Shown: one piece after another, positions 48,013 through 57,223 of the stretch
Position numbering within the stretch: the first letter of the stretch is position 1
How the letters are laid out: every line of letters begins with the position of its first letter
From: an uncultured Pseudomonadota bacterium
GTDB taxonomy: Bacteria; Pseudomonadota; Alphaproteobacteria; Acetobacterales; Acetobacteraceae
Assembly (NCBI GenBank): GCA_963794625.1
Contig: CAWCEU010000009.1
Span: 228,523-292,522 of the forward strand
Direction: 5' to 3'
DNA length: 64,000 nt
Program-made: the position numbers and the translations under genes
Notes under the pieces: model-generated
What the model was told of the DNA's origin: nothing
The model's input: only the letters and a program-made list of their open reading frames with translations
The model's database searches: none

Positions 48013-48936
48013 TCAGCGCCGTTCCTCGCGCAGATAAGGCCGGCCAAGATCAACCGGCTGCGCGTCAGCGCCTTTGGCGAACAGCCCGGCAATAAGCAAA
48101 TAGGCCAGAGTGGCGAGATAGGGCGACATCTCGATGAGATAGACCGGCACATTCATGCCCGAGGAGAGCAACTGCGGCACCAGCGCCTGGATGGCGCCGA
48201 ACAGCAAAGCCGCGGCGATGGCGCGCAGCGCGTTCCAGCGCGCCAATGTCACCATCGCCACCGCGATCCAGCCGCGCCCGGCCACCATGCCATCCACCCA
48301 GATATGCGCCCCCACGAGGCTGAGATGCGCCCCCGCGATGGCACAGAACACCCCGCCCGCCAGCACCGCGCCGAAGCGGTAGAGTGCTACATTCACCCCC
48401 GCCGCATCCGCCGCCGGGGCATCCTCCCCCACCGCGCGCAGGCGCAGGCCGAGATCCGTGCGCTCAACCACGAACCATACGGCGATGGCGGCGCAGAAGG
48501 CGAAATAGGTCAGCCAGTCCTGGTCCAGAATACCCGCCAGGATTTTGGGCAGGAAGGCGAACCAGGACGCCGGGAAAGGCGAGATGCCGTTGGCGGTCTG
48601 GTTCTCGAACCCGTCCCCCAGGAAGCCGGACACGCCGATGCCGAGCGCGAAGGCCACCAGCCCGGCCAGCACCTGGTCCACCCGCAAAAATACCGCCATG
48701 ACGCCGAAGATGGCGGTGAGCGCCAGCCCGGCGCCGATGCCGCCCAGCAGCGCCAGCCCCGCATCGCCGCCCGCCAGATTGATGAGCACCGCCGTGACGG
48801 CGGACATCGCCATGATGCCCTCCGCACCGAGATTCATCACCCCCGCGCGCTCATTGATGATGAGCCCGATGGTGGCCAGCAGAAACGGCGCGGCAAAGGC
48901 CGGGATGGTGCCGGCCCAGGCGGTGAACAGCTCCAT
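48013..48936 (-). CDS. ABC transporter permease (BMP/nucleoside type, second permease)
   Basis: Probable start MELFTAWAG at 48936 overlapping the upstream permease stop (TGATG); multi-TM. Confidence 0.75.
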   Translation of the reverse strand: MELFTAWAGTIPAFAAPFLLATIGLIINERAGVMNLGAEGIMAMSAVTAVLINLAGGDAGLALLGGIGAGLALTAIFGVMAVFLRVDQVLAGLVAFALGIGVSGFLGDGFENQTANGISPFPASWFAFLPKILAGILDQDWLTYFAFCAAIAVWFVVERTDLGLRLRAVGEDAPAADAAGVNVALYRFGAVLAGGVFCAIAGAHLSLVGAHIWVDGMVAGRGWIAVAMVTLARWNALRAIAAALLFGAIQALVPQLLSSGMNVPVYLIEMSPYLATLAYLLIAGLFAKGADAQPVDLGRPYLREERR

Positions 48937-50005
48937 CACGGCGCCACCTTCGCGGTTTTCACCCAATCCAGCCGGTAGCGCAGAAAGAATTCGGCGGCGC
49001 AGACGCAGAGCAGCAGAATTGCCTCGATGGTCAGCACCGTGGCGCCGGGCAATTGGTAGAACGCCTTCAGCGAATTCCCCGCCGTGTACAAGGCCGCGAT
49101 GGCGATGCCCGCCACCACCACCCCCAGCGGGTTGGAGCGCGCCAGATAGGCGATGACGATGGAGGGGAAAATGAAATCATTGCCGACGAACTGAGTAAGC
49201 TTATGCTCCTCCCCGCAAACGATGGTGAAGCCCGCGAGGCCCGAGAGCGCGCCCCCCAGGCTCGCCATCAGCAGCACCACCATGCCGGCCGGCACCCCCA
49301 CCGCGCGCGCCGCCTGCGGGTTGGCGGCCACGGCCTTGGCCATATAGCCCACCCGCGCGAAGCCGCAGAGCCACCAGCAGAACAAAGCCGCACCCATAGA
49401 GAAGAAAATGCCCGCATGCACATGGCCGAAACCCAGCAGCGCCAGCGTTTCGCCCGGCGGATAGGTCTTGGAAACGGGAAAGGAATCCTCCGGGTTGCGC
49501 CAGGCGCCATAGAGAAGCTGCTGCGCCAGCATATACGCGACGTAATTCATCAAGAGCGTCGTCACCACCTCATTCGCTCGCAGCTTGATGCGCGCCAGCG
49601 CGCAGACGCCGCACCACACCCCCCGCCGAGCAATGCGGCGATGCACATCACCCAAAGCCGCGCGGCTTCCGGGCCGATATGGTAGAGCGAGACAGCGGTG
49701 GCGGCCATCGCACCCGCCCAGAGCTGGCCCTCCACCCCGATATTCCAGAATTTCACCTTCAGGCAGACCGCGACCGAGAGCCCGACGAGAATGAGGGGAA
49801 TGGAACGCGTCAGCGTCTGGTCCAGCCCTTCAGGGTTGCCGAATGTATAGCCCACGAACTGGCTGGCGAGGTCCGACAGCCCCATGCCCTGGGTGAGCAG
49901 AAACCCGCCGGAGACCACCAGCCCGGCGAGAATGCCGCCCAGCAGCACGAAAAAAGTGAAACGGCGGCTGGCGGCCAGGCGCGGGGAGAGAATGAGGCGC
50001 GCCAT
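48936..50005 (-). pseudogene. ABC transporter permease (BMP/nucleoside type, first permease) carrying a frameshift at a 6-nt C/G homopolymer
   Basis: N-terminal part (49562-50005) and C-terminal part (48936-49655) are in different frames and overlap at 49562-49655. The junction coincides with CCCCCC at 49619-49624. The joined product would be a normal permease of about 355 aa. Confidence 0.65.
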
Positions 50006-51562
50006 TCAATGCATCTCCAGCATCAGCCGGCCGATGCGCGCCCGGTCCACCGCCGCCACCGGCTCCGGCGGGCTCATGCGGCCATGGCTCATCACCGCCA
50101 CGCGGTCGGAAAGTTGCATGATCTCGTCAAGATCCTCTGAAATGAGCAGCACGGCCGCACCGGCCTCCGCAGCGGCGCGCAGGCGGGCCTGCACCGCCTG
50201 CACGGCGCGGATATCCAGCCCGCGCGTGGGGGAATGGGCGATGAGAATATCCATGCCTGCGGTGAATTCGCGCGCCAGCATCAGCTTCTGCGCATTGCCG
50301 CCGGAGAGCAGCCGCACCGGCAGATCCACATGCGCACCCGCCACCTCGAATTGCGAAATCGCATCCTGCGCCAAGGTGTTCATCCAGCCTTTGGTCACCA
50401 GCCATTTTTTCTCCGCCCGCGCGCCCAGCAGGCGGGGGAGGGAGATGTTCACGTTCAGCGGCAATTCCCCGAACAGCCCCATGCCCATGCGGTCGGCGGG
50501 GATGTAGCGCAGGCCGCGCTCGCGCCGCGCCTCGGGGCTGGCGGGCATGTCCACGCCATCGAACAGCACGCTGCCCGCTGTCACCGGCCGCACGCCGATC
50601 AGCGCCTCCACCAGCTCCGCCTGGCCATTGCCGCCGATTCCCGCCACGCCGAAAATCTCGCCGCCCTGCACGGCAAAGCCAATCTCGCGCAGCGCCACGC
50701 CATGCGCGCTGGCCGGGGCGGAAAGGCCCATCACCTTGAGCAAATCCGGTTTCAACTGCCGCCCGCCGGTGAGCGGTGGAGCTTCCATCACCGGCGCCGT
50801 GCCCACCATCGCTTCCGAGAGGGAGGCGGCGGTCATGCCTTCCGATGGCGCGCCGTCGATGATCGTGCGCCCGGCGCGCATCACCGTCACGCGGTCGGAG
50901 AATCCCAGCACGTCGCGCAGCTTATGGGTGATGAGCACCACGGCGCGCCCGCTTCTCGCCAAATTGCGGGCCAGCCCCAGGGCGGATTGCGCCTCCTGTT
51001 CCGTCAGCACCGCCGTCGGCTCGTCCAGCACCAGGATGCGTGCCCCGGCCAGCAGCACTTTCATGATTTCCAGCTTCTGCTGGTCGGAGACCGCCATCTC
51101 GTCCACCCGCGCCGAGGGGTCCAGCTTGAAGCCCAGCTCCGCGCCTAATGTCTCCATCGCACGCAACGCCTCGGCCTTGCCGCGCCACCCGGCGCGCCGC
51201 GCGCAGGCCAGGCGCAGATTTTCCAGCACCGAGAGCGGCCCCACCAGCTTGAAATGCTGATGCACCATGCCGATGCCCGCATCCGCCGCGGCGGAGGGGG
51301 TTTCGAACCGTGCCGCCTCGCCATCCACGTCCAGCACGCCCGCATCGGCCGTGTAGAACCCGGCCAGCACGTTCATCAGCGTGGATTTGCCCGCGCCATT
51401 CTCACCCAGCAGCGCATGCACCTCGCCCCATGCAAGCGAAAAAGACGCGCCCAGCAAAGCCGGGCGCGTTCCGAAGCTCTTCTCGACTCCCGAGAGCCGG
51501 ACAGCGAACTTGCTTATTTCATCGAACCTTTCACGTTGGACACGAGGTAATTCATGTTCCAA
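50006..51562 (-). CDS. ABC transporter ATP-binding protein, duplicated ABC domains
   Basis: 518 aa; Walker A GENGAGKST, signature and Walker B motifs in both halves; same architecture as 39644-41227. Confidence 0.85.
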   Translation of the reverse strand: MEHELPRVQRERFDEISKFAVRLSGVEKSFGTRPALLGASFSLAWGEVHALLGENGAGKSTLMNVLAGFYTADAGVLDVDGEAARFETPSAAADAGIGMVHQHFKLVGPLSVLENLRLACARRAGWRGKAEALRAMETLGAELGFKLDPSARVDEMAVSDQQKLEIMKVLLAGARILVLDEPTAVLTEQEAQSALGLARNLARSGRAVVLITHKLRDVLGFSDRVTVMRAGRTIIDGAPSEGMTAASLSEAMVGTAPVMEAPPLTGGRQLKPDLLKVMGLSAPASAHGVALREIGFAVQGGEIFGVAGIGGNGQAELVEALIGVRPVTAGSVLFDGVDMPASPEARRERGLRYIPADRMGMGLFGELPLNVNISLPRLLGARAEKKWLVTKGWMNTLAQDAISQFEVAGAHVDLPVRLLSGGNAQKLMLAREFTAGMDILIAHSPTRGLDIRAVQAVQARLRAAAEAGAAVLLISEDLDEIMQLSDRVAVMSHGRMSPPEPVAAVDRARIGRLMLEMH

Positions 51563-52590
51563 AGGTCATCAACGCTCGGGGATTTGCCCGCGGCCACTTC
51601 CACCTTGCCAGACTGGTCCGTGACCGGCCCGGCCCAGACATCGAACGTGCCCGCGATCATCTTCGCACGCACGGCCTCGATCTTGGCGATGTCATCGGCC
51701 GGGATATGCTCCAGCGGTGCAACATCGACCACACCGGTATCGATGCCGTAAAGCGGTGTGCCGCCGCTCTTCCAGGTGCCGGCCTTCATCGCCGCCACGG
51801 CAGGCACCAGCTCCTTGTCCCAATGGAAGACGACGGAGGTGAGGATGCCGTTCGGCGCGCTCTTGCCCATATCCACCTGATAGCCGACGGAATATTTGCC
51901 GGCCTTCTCGGCCACAACCAGCGCGGCGGGACTGTCCATGTCGGTGGCGATCACGTCGGCACCCTGCTGGATCATCGCGGTGGAGATCTGCGCTTCCTTC
52001 ACCGGGTCGGACCAGGAATTCACGAAGGCCACATGCACGATGGTGCCCGGATTGGCCGCCTGCGCGCCCAGTGCGAAGGAGTTGATGTCCCACAGCACGT
52101 CAGGGATGGGAAAGCCCAGCATCATGCCAAGCTGCTTGCTCTTGGTGGCGTAGCCCGCCGCCATGCCGGCCAGATACCAGCCCTGATAGGTCTTGGGATA
52201 AGGGCTTTCCAGGTTGGGTGCCGAGGAAATGCCCGCCATGTTGATGAAGGCGAGGCTGGGATGCGCCTTGGCCTCAGCCGCCATCGCGTCGGAATAACCA
52301 TAAGAGCCCGCGATGATCACATTGGCGCCGTGGCTGATGAACAGATCAACCGCCTGCTCCACCTTCTCGGTCTGCTCCGGCACGTTCTCGGCCACCGGGA
52401 TCTTCTGGTGATAGGCCTTCGCCAGCGCGATGCGCGCCGCGTTCTGCGATTGCGACCAGCCGCCATCCGTGGCGGTGCCGAGGAAGATGAAGGCGATCTT
52501 CGGCTTCTCGATCTTGGTTTGCGCCTGGGCGGCGGGGGCGGCGGCCGTCAACGCGGCCAGGGCGAGACCGGCGAGTGTCTTAAGCTTCAT
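51514..52590 (-). CDS. BMP-family ABC transporter substrate-binding protein (second copy)
   Basis: 358 aa; signal peptide MKLKTLAGLALAALTAAAPAAQA; BMP/PnrA-like fold. The 49-nt overlap with the ATPase ORF suggests the ATPase starts at an internal codon. Confidence 0.8.
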   Translation of the reverse strand: MKLKTLAGLALAALTAAAPAAQAQTKIEKPKIAFIFLGTATDGGWSQSQNAARIALAKAYHQKIPVAENVPEQTEKVEQAVDLFISHGANVIIAGSYGYSDAMAAEAKAHPSLAFINMAGISSAPNLESPYPKTYQGWYLAGMAAGYATKSKQLGMMLGFPIPDVLWDINSFALGAQAANPGTIVHVAFVNSWSDPVKEAQISTAMIQQGADVIATDMDSPAALVVAEKAGKYSVGYQVDMGKSAPNGILTSVVFHWDKELVPAVAAMKAGTWKSGGTPLYGIDTGVVDVAPLEHIPADDIAKIEAVRAKMIAGTFDVWAGPVTDQSGKVEVAAGKSPSVDDLWNMNYLVSNVKGSMK

Positions 52591-52607
52591 GATATGTCCT
52601 TGCAGTT

Positions 52608-53639
52608 TCAGGATTCAGTCTGACGGTAGCCGTAAGTCGCATCGAACCGGCTTTGCACATAATCACCGGCGATGACGGGGTCGTATTTGCGCGGGCGCTC
52701 AGCACTCACGCAGCCGGGCAGCACGTCGATCAGCGTGTCGTAATTGGTGCCCAGGAAGAACGGCGCCGAATAGCGCGCCCGGCCGGTAAGGTTGATGGCC
52801 CGGTGCAAAGTGGAGGCGAAGAGGTCGTTGCTCCAGCGCGCCATCTGGTCGCCAATATTCACCACGAACGTACCGGGGATCGGCGGCGCGGCGATCCATT
52901 CTCCGGCGGTGTTGAGCACCTGCAAGGCCGCCACCTCATGCTGGGCCAGGATGGTGAAACATTCATAATCGGAGTGCGGGCCGATGCCGATCTGGTCTTC
53001 GTCGATCACCCCCTCCTGCGGCGGGTAATAGATGATGCGCTGGGCGCAGGTGGGCTTGGTGATCATCGGGTCGAAGAAATGCTCGTCCTGCCCCAAAGCG
53101 AGCGCGAAGGCCTTGAACATGCGCCGCCCCAGCTTCAGCACCTCATGATGATAAGCCAGCATCGCGGCGCGGAATTCCGGCATGCCCTCCGGCCAGAGAT
53201 TCACGCCATAAAGCCCCTTGCCGCTGGCAAGGTCAGGGTCATTGGGGTCCAGCTCGGCGGCGATGTCATAGGCCTCGTGCAGGTCGCCCTTGGCCTTGGG
53301 GTTCACATTCTCCTCCAAAAGCGGCGTGTAGCCGGAATTATTGGTGGAGAGCTTGACGTGAACCTTCATCTTCTCTTCGGGCGGCAGCGCGAAGAAAGCG
53401 GGCCCGGCGGCGAACATCGCCTGGATGATATCCTCCGGCACGCCGTGATTCTTGATGTAGAAAAACCCGATCTTGGTGGCGGCCTCATACAGCGCCCGCG
53501 CCACCTGTTGCTTGGCGGCCAGGTCATCGCCCTGCATCGCGCCAAAATCGATCACCGGGATTTCGTGAAACGGCGCCTCGCGGGCGGACAGCCCCGCCTG
53601 TGCCGCGCGCATCCCGTTCCCGGTTTCAACCAAAGCCAT
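52608..53639 (-). CDS. 2-oxoglutarate/Fe(II)-dependent oxygenase, isopenicillin N synthase-like family
   Basis: 343 aa; N-terminal non-haem DIOX_N region (IPVIDFGAM...) and facial triad HxD...H (GIGPHSDYECFTIL ... STLHRAIN). Confidence 0.75.
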   Translation of the reverse strand: MALVETGNGMRAAQAGLSAREAPFHEIPVIDFGAMQGDDLAAKQQVARALYEAATKIGFFYIKNHGVPEDIIQAMFAAGPAFFALPPEEKMKVHVKLSTNNSGYTPLLEENVNPKAKGDLHEAYDIAAELDPNDPDLASGKGLYGVNLWPEGMPEFRAAMLAYHHEVLKLGRRMFKAFALALGQDEHFFDPMITKPTCAQRIIYYPPQEGVIDEDQIGIGPHSDYECFTILAQHEVAALQVLNTAGEWIAAPPIPGTFVVNIGDQMARWSNDLFASTLHRAINLTGRARYSAPFFLGTNYDTLIDVLPGCVSAERPRKYDPVIAGDYVQSRFDATYGYRQTES

Positions 53640-53673
53640 ATAAGCCGCTCCTGAATGCCTCGAAGGCTGCGTT

Positions 53674-53700
53674 TTATGACAGCGCCTCTAATTATGACAG
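53674..53700. promoter_or_regulatory. Direct repeat TTATGACAG (x2, 18 bp apart) in the promoter region of the 2OG oxygenase gene
   Basis: TTTTATGACAGCGCCTCTAATTATGACAG, read directly; 35-60 bp upstream of the minus-strand start at 53639. Confidence 0.4.
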
Positions 53701-53732
53701 TTCAGTAAGCAACATTGATGCCACGGGAGAAA

Positions 53733-53775
53733 GCAGGGGCTGAGTGGATCCTCCATCCAGCCCTGCTTATTTTTT
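53733..53775 (+). terminator. Orphan intrinsic-terminator-like hairpin with T-tract on the plus strand (GCAGGGGCTG...CAGCCCTGC-TTATTTTTT)
   Basis: 9-bp GC-rich stem with a 15-nt loop followed by TTATTTTTT. No plus-strand CDS lies upstream, as both flanking genes are on the minus strand. Confidence 0.45.
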
Positions 53776-53849
53776 AACCTTTCCACAGGCCAAGCTTTTA
53801 AGCAGTCCGGCCAATAATCTCGCAGTGCCTGACTTGCTCTTCGGGCGGA

Positions 53850-54761
53850 TCAGCTCTTGCGCGTTACGGTGAAGCGGGCCAGGGCCTGCAGCAGTGCTGC
53901 ACGCCCGCCAAACCCATCCAGATGCCCGGCCGCCTGCTCAGCTAGCGTCTCGGCCTGGGCGCGGGCCCGTTCCAGCCCCAGAATCCGCACCATCGTCGCC
54001 TTGCCGGCGGCGGCGTCCTTGCCGGCGGTCTTGCCCATTTCCTCAGGCGTGGCGGTTTCGTCCAGCACATCGTCATAAATCTGGAAGGCCGCCCCCAGAT
54101 CCCGCCCGTAAGCCATGATGGAGTGGCGCTGCGTGGCCGGGGCGCGGCCCAGAATGGCGCCCGCCTCGGCCGCAAACTGGATCAGCCTTCCGGTCTTCAG
54201 CGCCTGCAGGCGGGTAATCTCGGGGCCGGTCAGGTCCTTGCCCTCGGATTCCATGTCGATCATCTGCCCGCCGACCATGCCGCGCATGCCAGCCGCCCCG
54301 GCCAGCGCCAGCACCAGCTCAACCCGCGCCTCCGGGTCGGCATGGGTGTCCTCCTCGGCCAGCACCTCGAAGGCGCGGGTCTGCAGCGCATCCCCGGCCA
54401 GAATGGCGGTCGCCTCGTCGAATTTCTTGTGGCAGCTGGGCATCCCGCGGCGCAGATCGTCATCATCCATCGCCGGCAGATCGTCATGCACCAAAGAGTA
54501 GGCGTGCAGCATCTCCACCGAAGCCGCGACACGCGCGGCACAGGTACGGTTGACGGAAAAGAGCTTCGCCACCTCCATCACCAGAAAGGCGCGCATGCGC
54601 TTGCCGCCATTCAGCACGGCATAGCGCATCGCCTCGATCAGCCTGGCCTCGGCGGTCTCGGGCACGGGCAGCAGCGCATCCAGCTGCGCTTCCACCAGCC
54701 GGGCGGTTTCGGTCAGCGCCTCGGCCAGGGCGTCCGGCTTGCGCACAATATCTAGCGCCAT
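53850..54761 (-). CDS. ispA: Farnesyl/geranyl diphosphate synthase
   Basis: First and second aspartate-rich motifs (LVHDDLPAMDDDDLRRG and YDDVLDET-like region); start MALDIVRK at 54761. Confidence 0.85.
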   Translation of the reverse strand: MALDIVRKPDALAEALTETARLVEAQLDALLPVPETAEARLIEAMRYAVLNGGKRMRAFLVMEVAKLFSVNRTCAARVAASVEMLHAYSLVHDDLPAMDDDDLRRGMPSCHKKFDEATAILAGDALQTRAFEVLAEEDTHADPEARVELVLALAGAAGMRGMVGGQMIDMESEGKDLTGPEITRLQALKTGRLIQFAAEAGAILGRAPATQRHSIMAYGRDLGAAFQIYDDVLDETATPEEMGKTAGKDAAAGKATMVRILGLERARAQAETLAEQAAGHLDGFGGRAALLQALARFTVTRKS

Positions 54762-54763
54762 CT

Positions 54764-55000
54764 TTATTCTCCGTCCTTCAGGGCCAGCGAGCCATCCGCC
54801 CGCGCCACGATCGCCTGCACCCTGGCTTCGGCCTGGGCCAGTTTTTCCTCGCAATGTTTCTTCAGCGCCGCACCGCGCTCATAGGCGGTAATCGCGTCCT
54901 CCAGCTTCTGCTGGCCGGATTCCAGCCCGCGCACGATGGCCTCAAGCGCCGCCAGAGCATCCTCGAAAGACATGGCGGCAATGTCGGAATTATCTGTCAT
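54764..55000 (-). CDS. xseB: Exodeoxyribonuclease VII small subunit
   Basis: 78 aa; SFEDALAALEAIVRGLESGQQKLEDAITAYERGAALKKHCEEKL matches XseB; conserved xseB-ispA arrangement. Confidence 0.85.
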   Translation of the reverse strand: MTDNSDIAAMSFEDALAALEAIVRGLESGQQKLEDAITAYERGAALKKHCEEKLAQAEARVQAIVARADGSLALKDGE

Positions 55001-55030
55001 GACTGCTCCCGTACCCGCGCCAAGCGGGAA

Positions 55031-55954
55031 TCACAACCGCATTAACGTGCGCACATGTGCGGCACAGCTTTGCGCGAGCGCGTTGAGGTCATACCCCCCT
55101 TCCAGCAGCGAGACGACACGCCCCGGGCAGCTTGCCTCCGCCACCACCAGCAATTCCCGCGTGAGCCAGACGAAATCCTGCTCCCTCAGCCGCATCTGGG
55201 CCAACGGGTCGGCGGCATGGGCGTCGAACCCGGCGGAGATGACCAGCAGCTCCGGCGCGAAGGCGGCCAGGCGCGGCAGGATGGCCATGTGCCAGGCCTC
55301 GCGGAAGGTCTCGCCATTGGTGCCGGGTGGCAGCGGCACGTTCACCACATTGCCAACACCGGTTTCCGCCTCGGCCCCGGTGCCGGGAAAACATGGCGCC
55401 TGATGGGAGGAGGCGTACATCACCCCCGCATCCCGCGCGAAGATATGCTGGGTGCCGTTGCCGTGATGCACGTCGAAATCCACCACCGCCACGCGCTTCA
55501 ACCCCCAGCGAAGCTGGGCCTGCCTGACCGCCACCGCGGCGTTGTTGAAGAAGCAGAAACCCATGGCGCGGTCGGCCTCGGCATGGTGGCCGGGCGGGCG
55601 CATGGCGACGAAGGCGGCCTGCGCCCAGCCTTCCATCACCGCATCCACCGCCGCCGCGGCACCGCCCGCCGCGCGCAACGCGGCCTCCAGCGTGCCGGGG
55701 CCGAACACCGTATCGCCATCGATGACGGTTACGCGGTCTCCTGGCATGGCGAGAATGGCATCCACATAATCCGCATCATGCGCCGCCTTGAGCTGTTCTA
55801 TCGTGGCGCGCGGCGCCAGCTCGCGCAGCAGGGGCGTGAAATCCTGCGCCTCAAGTGCCCGCAGCACATAGCGTAGCCTGTCCGCACATTCCGGGTGGTC
55901 GGGCCCGGTATCATGCCCCAAGGCCGCCGGATGCGTAAACAGCGCGACGCTCAT
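55031..55954 (-). CDS. Histone deacetylase superfamily protein (second HDAC-like gene in the window)
   Basis: MRPPGHHAE...VDFDVHHGNGTQ...GFDAHAADPL. Start MSVALFTHP at 55954 overlapping the TusA-like stop (ATGA). Confidence 0.8.
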   Translation of the reverse strand: MSVALFTHPAALGHDTGPDHPECADRLRYVLRALEAQDFTPLLRELAPRATIEQLKAAHDADYVDAILAMPGDRVTVIDGDTVFGPGTLEAALRAAGGAAAAVDAVMEGWAQAAFVAMRPPGHHAEADRAMGFCFFNNAAVAVRQAQLRWGLKRVAVVDFDVHHGNGTQHIFARDAGVMYASSHQAPCFPGTGAEAETGVGNVVNVPLPPGTNGETFREAWHMAILPRLAAFAPELLVISAGFDAHAADPLAQMRLREQDFVWLTRELLVVAEASCPGRVVSLLEGGYDLNALAQSCAAHVRTLMRL

Positions 55955-56187
55955 CCCGCCCCCCTCTGGCATTTGAGCGAGAAACTGAACACGCCCTTGC
56001 TCTCGCTGGCGGCGATCAGCGCATGGCCGGAGCTTTTGCAGAACTCCCGGAAATCCGCCACGGCCTCGGGATCTGTGGCCAGAATCCGCAGCTTCTCGCC
56101 CGCCTCCATGCCGCGCAGGGCACGCGCCGCCCTCAGCACGGGGATCGGGGATTTTTGATATTGTGCATCGATCAGACGTTCACCCAT
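55951..56187 (-). CDS. TusA/SirA-like small protein with Ser replacing the CPxP cysteine
   Basis: 79 aa: MGERLIDAQYQKSPIPVLRAARALRGMEAGEKLRILATDPEAVADFREFCKSSGHALIA. Two-layered alpha/beta TusA fold pattern, but the codon for the expected Cys is TCC (Ser), confirmed by re-translating 56130-56190. Confidence 0.6.
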   Translation of the reverse strand: MGERLIDAQYQKSPIPVLRAARALRGMEAGEKLRILATDPEAVADFREFCKSSGHALIAASESKGVFSFSLKCQRGAG

Positions 56188-56269
56188 AACCGCAGATTGC
56201 GCCTTCACCCCGCCTTGGGCAAGCCGCCCGTCTTGAGCCAGCCAGCGTTTCGGCCCAGAAACCGGAGCC

Positions 56270-57166
56270 ATGGCACATCGCATCGGCATCGACCTTGGCG
56301 GCACGAAAACAGAGATCATGGTTCTGGGGGAGGACGGCGCACCCCTGCTGCGCCGCCGCCGCCCCACCCCGCCGGGTTATGACGCGGCGTTGCGCACCAT
56401 CGCCGATCTGGTGCGTGAAGCCGAACAGGAAACCGGGCAGCGCGCCAGTGTGGGGGTGGGAATCCCCGGCTGTATTTCCCCCGCCACGGGGCTGGTGAAG
56501 AATGCGAATTCCAACGCGCTGAATGGCCACCCGTTTGACCGCGACCTGGCCGCCCTGCTGGGGCGTGAGGTGCGCGTGGCCAATGACGCGAATTGCTTTG
56601 CCCTCTCCGAAGCCTCAGATGGCGCCGCCGCCGGAAATACCGTGGTGTTCGGCATGATCATCGGCACCGGCACGGGTGCCGGGATTGTGGTGAATGGCCG
56701 GATTCTAGAGGGGCGGCACCGCCTGGCCGGAGAGTTCGGCCACACCCCCCTGCCCTGGCCCAAGCCGGAGGAGATGCCGCTGCGAAGCTGCTGGTGCGGG
56801 CAAGTGGGATGCCTGGAGCTTTACCTCGCCGGCCCGTCCTTGGCGCGGGAATGCGACGGGCCGGGCTATAATGACGCCAGCACCCTGCCCCAGCGCGCCG
56901 CCGGGGGAGACGAAAAAGCCGAAGCCGCCTTAGCCCGCCATGCGGACAGAATGGCCAGGGCGCTCGCCGTCATCACCAATCTGCTGGACCCGGACTGCAT
57001 CGTTTTGGGTGGCGGGGTTTCGAATATGGAGCATCTTTATTCCGTGCTGCCGGGGTTGATGCGGCCTTATATTTTCTCCGACCATGTGGCGCCGAACATC
57101 GTGAAGGCGAAGCATGGGGATTCGTCGGGCGTGCGCGGGGCGGCTTGGTTGTGGCCGGAGGGGTAA
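56270..57166 (+). CDS. ROK-family sugar kinase (N-acetylglucosamine kinase-like)
   Basis: IGIDLGGTKTE N-terminus, zinc motif CWCGQVGCLE, 298 aa. Confidence 0.8.
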   Translation: MAHRIGIDLGGTKTEIMVLGEDGAPLLRRRRPTPPGYDAALRTIADLVREAEQETGQRASVGVGIPGCISPATGLVKNANSNALNGHPFDRDLAALLGREVRVANDANCFALSEASDGAAAGNTVVFGMIIGTGTGAGIVVNGRILEGRHRLAGEFGHTPLPWPKPEEMPLRSCWCGQVGCLELYLAGPSLARECDGPGYNDASTLPQRAAGGDEKAEAALARHADRMARALAVITNLLDPDCIVLGGGVSNMEHLYSVLPGLMRPYIFSDHVAPNIVKAKHGDSSGVRGAAWLWPEG

Positions 57167-57223
57167 AATCAAAACAACGATTACCAACCTCTACTTTCAC
57201 AAGGAATATTAATTAAGAACTGA

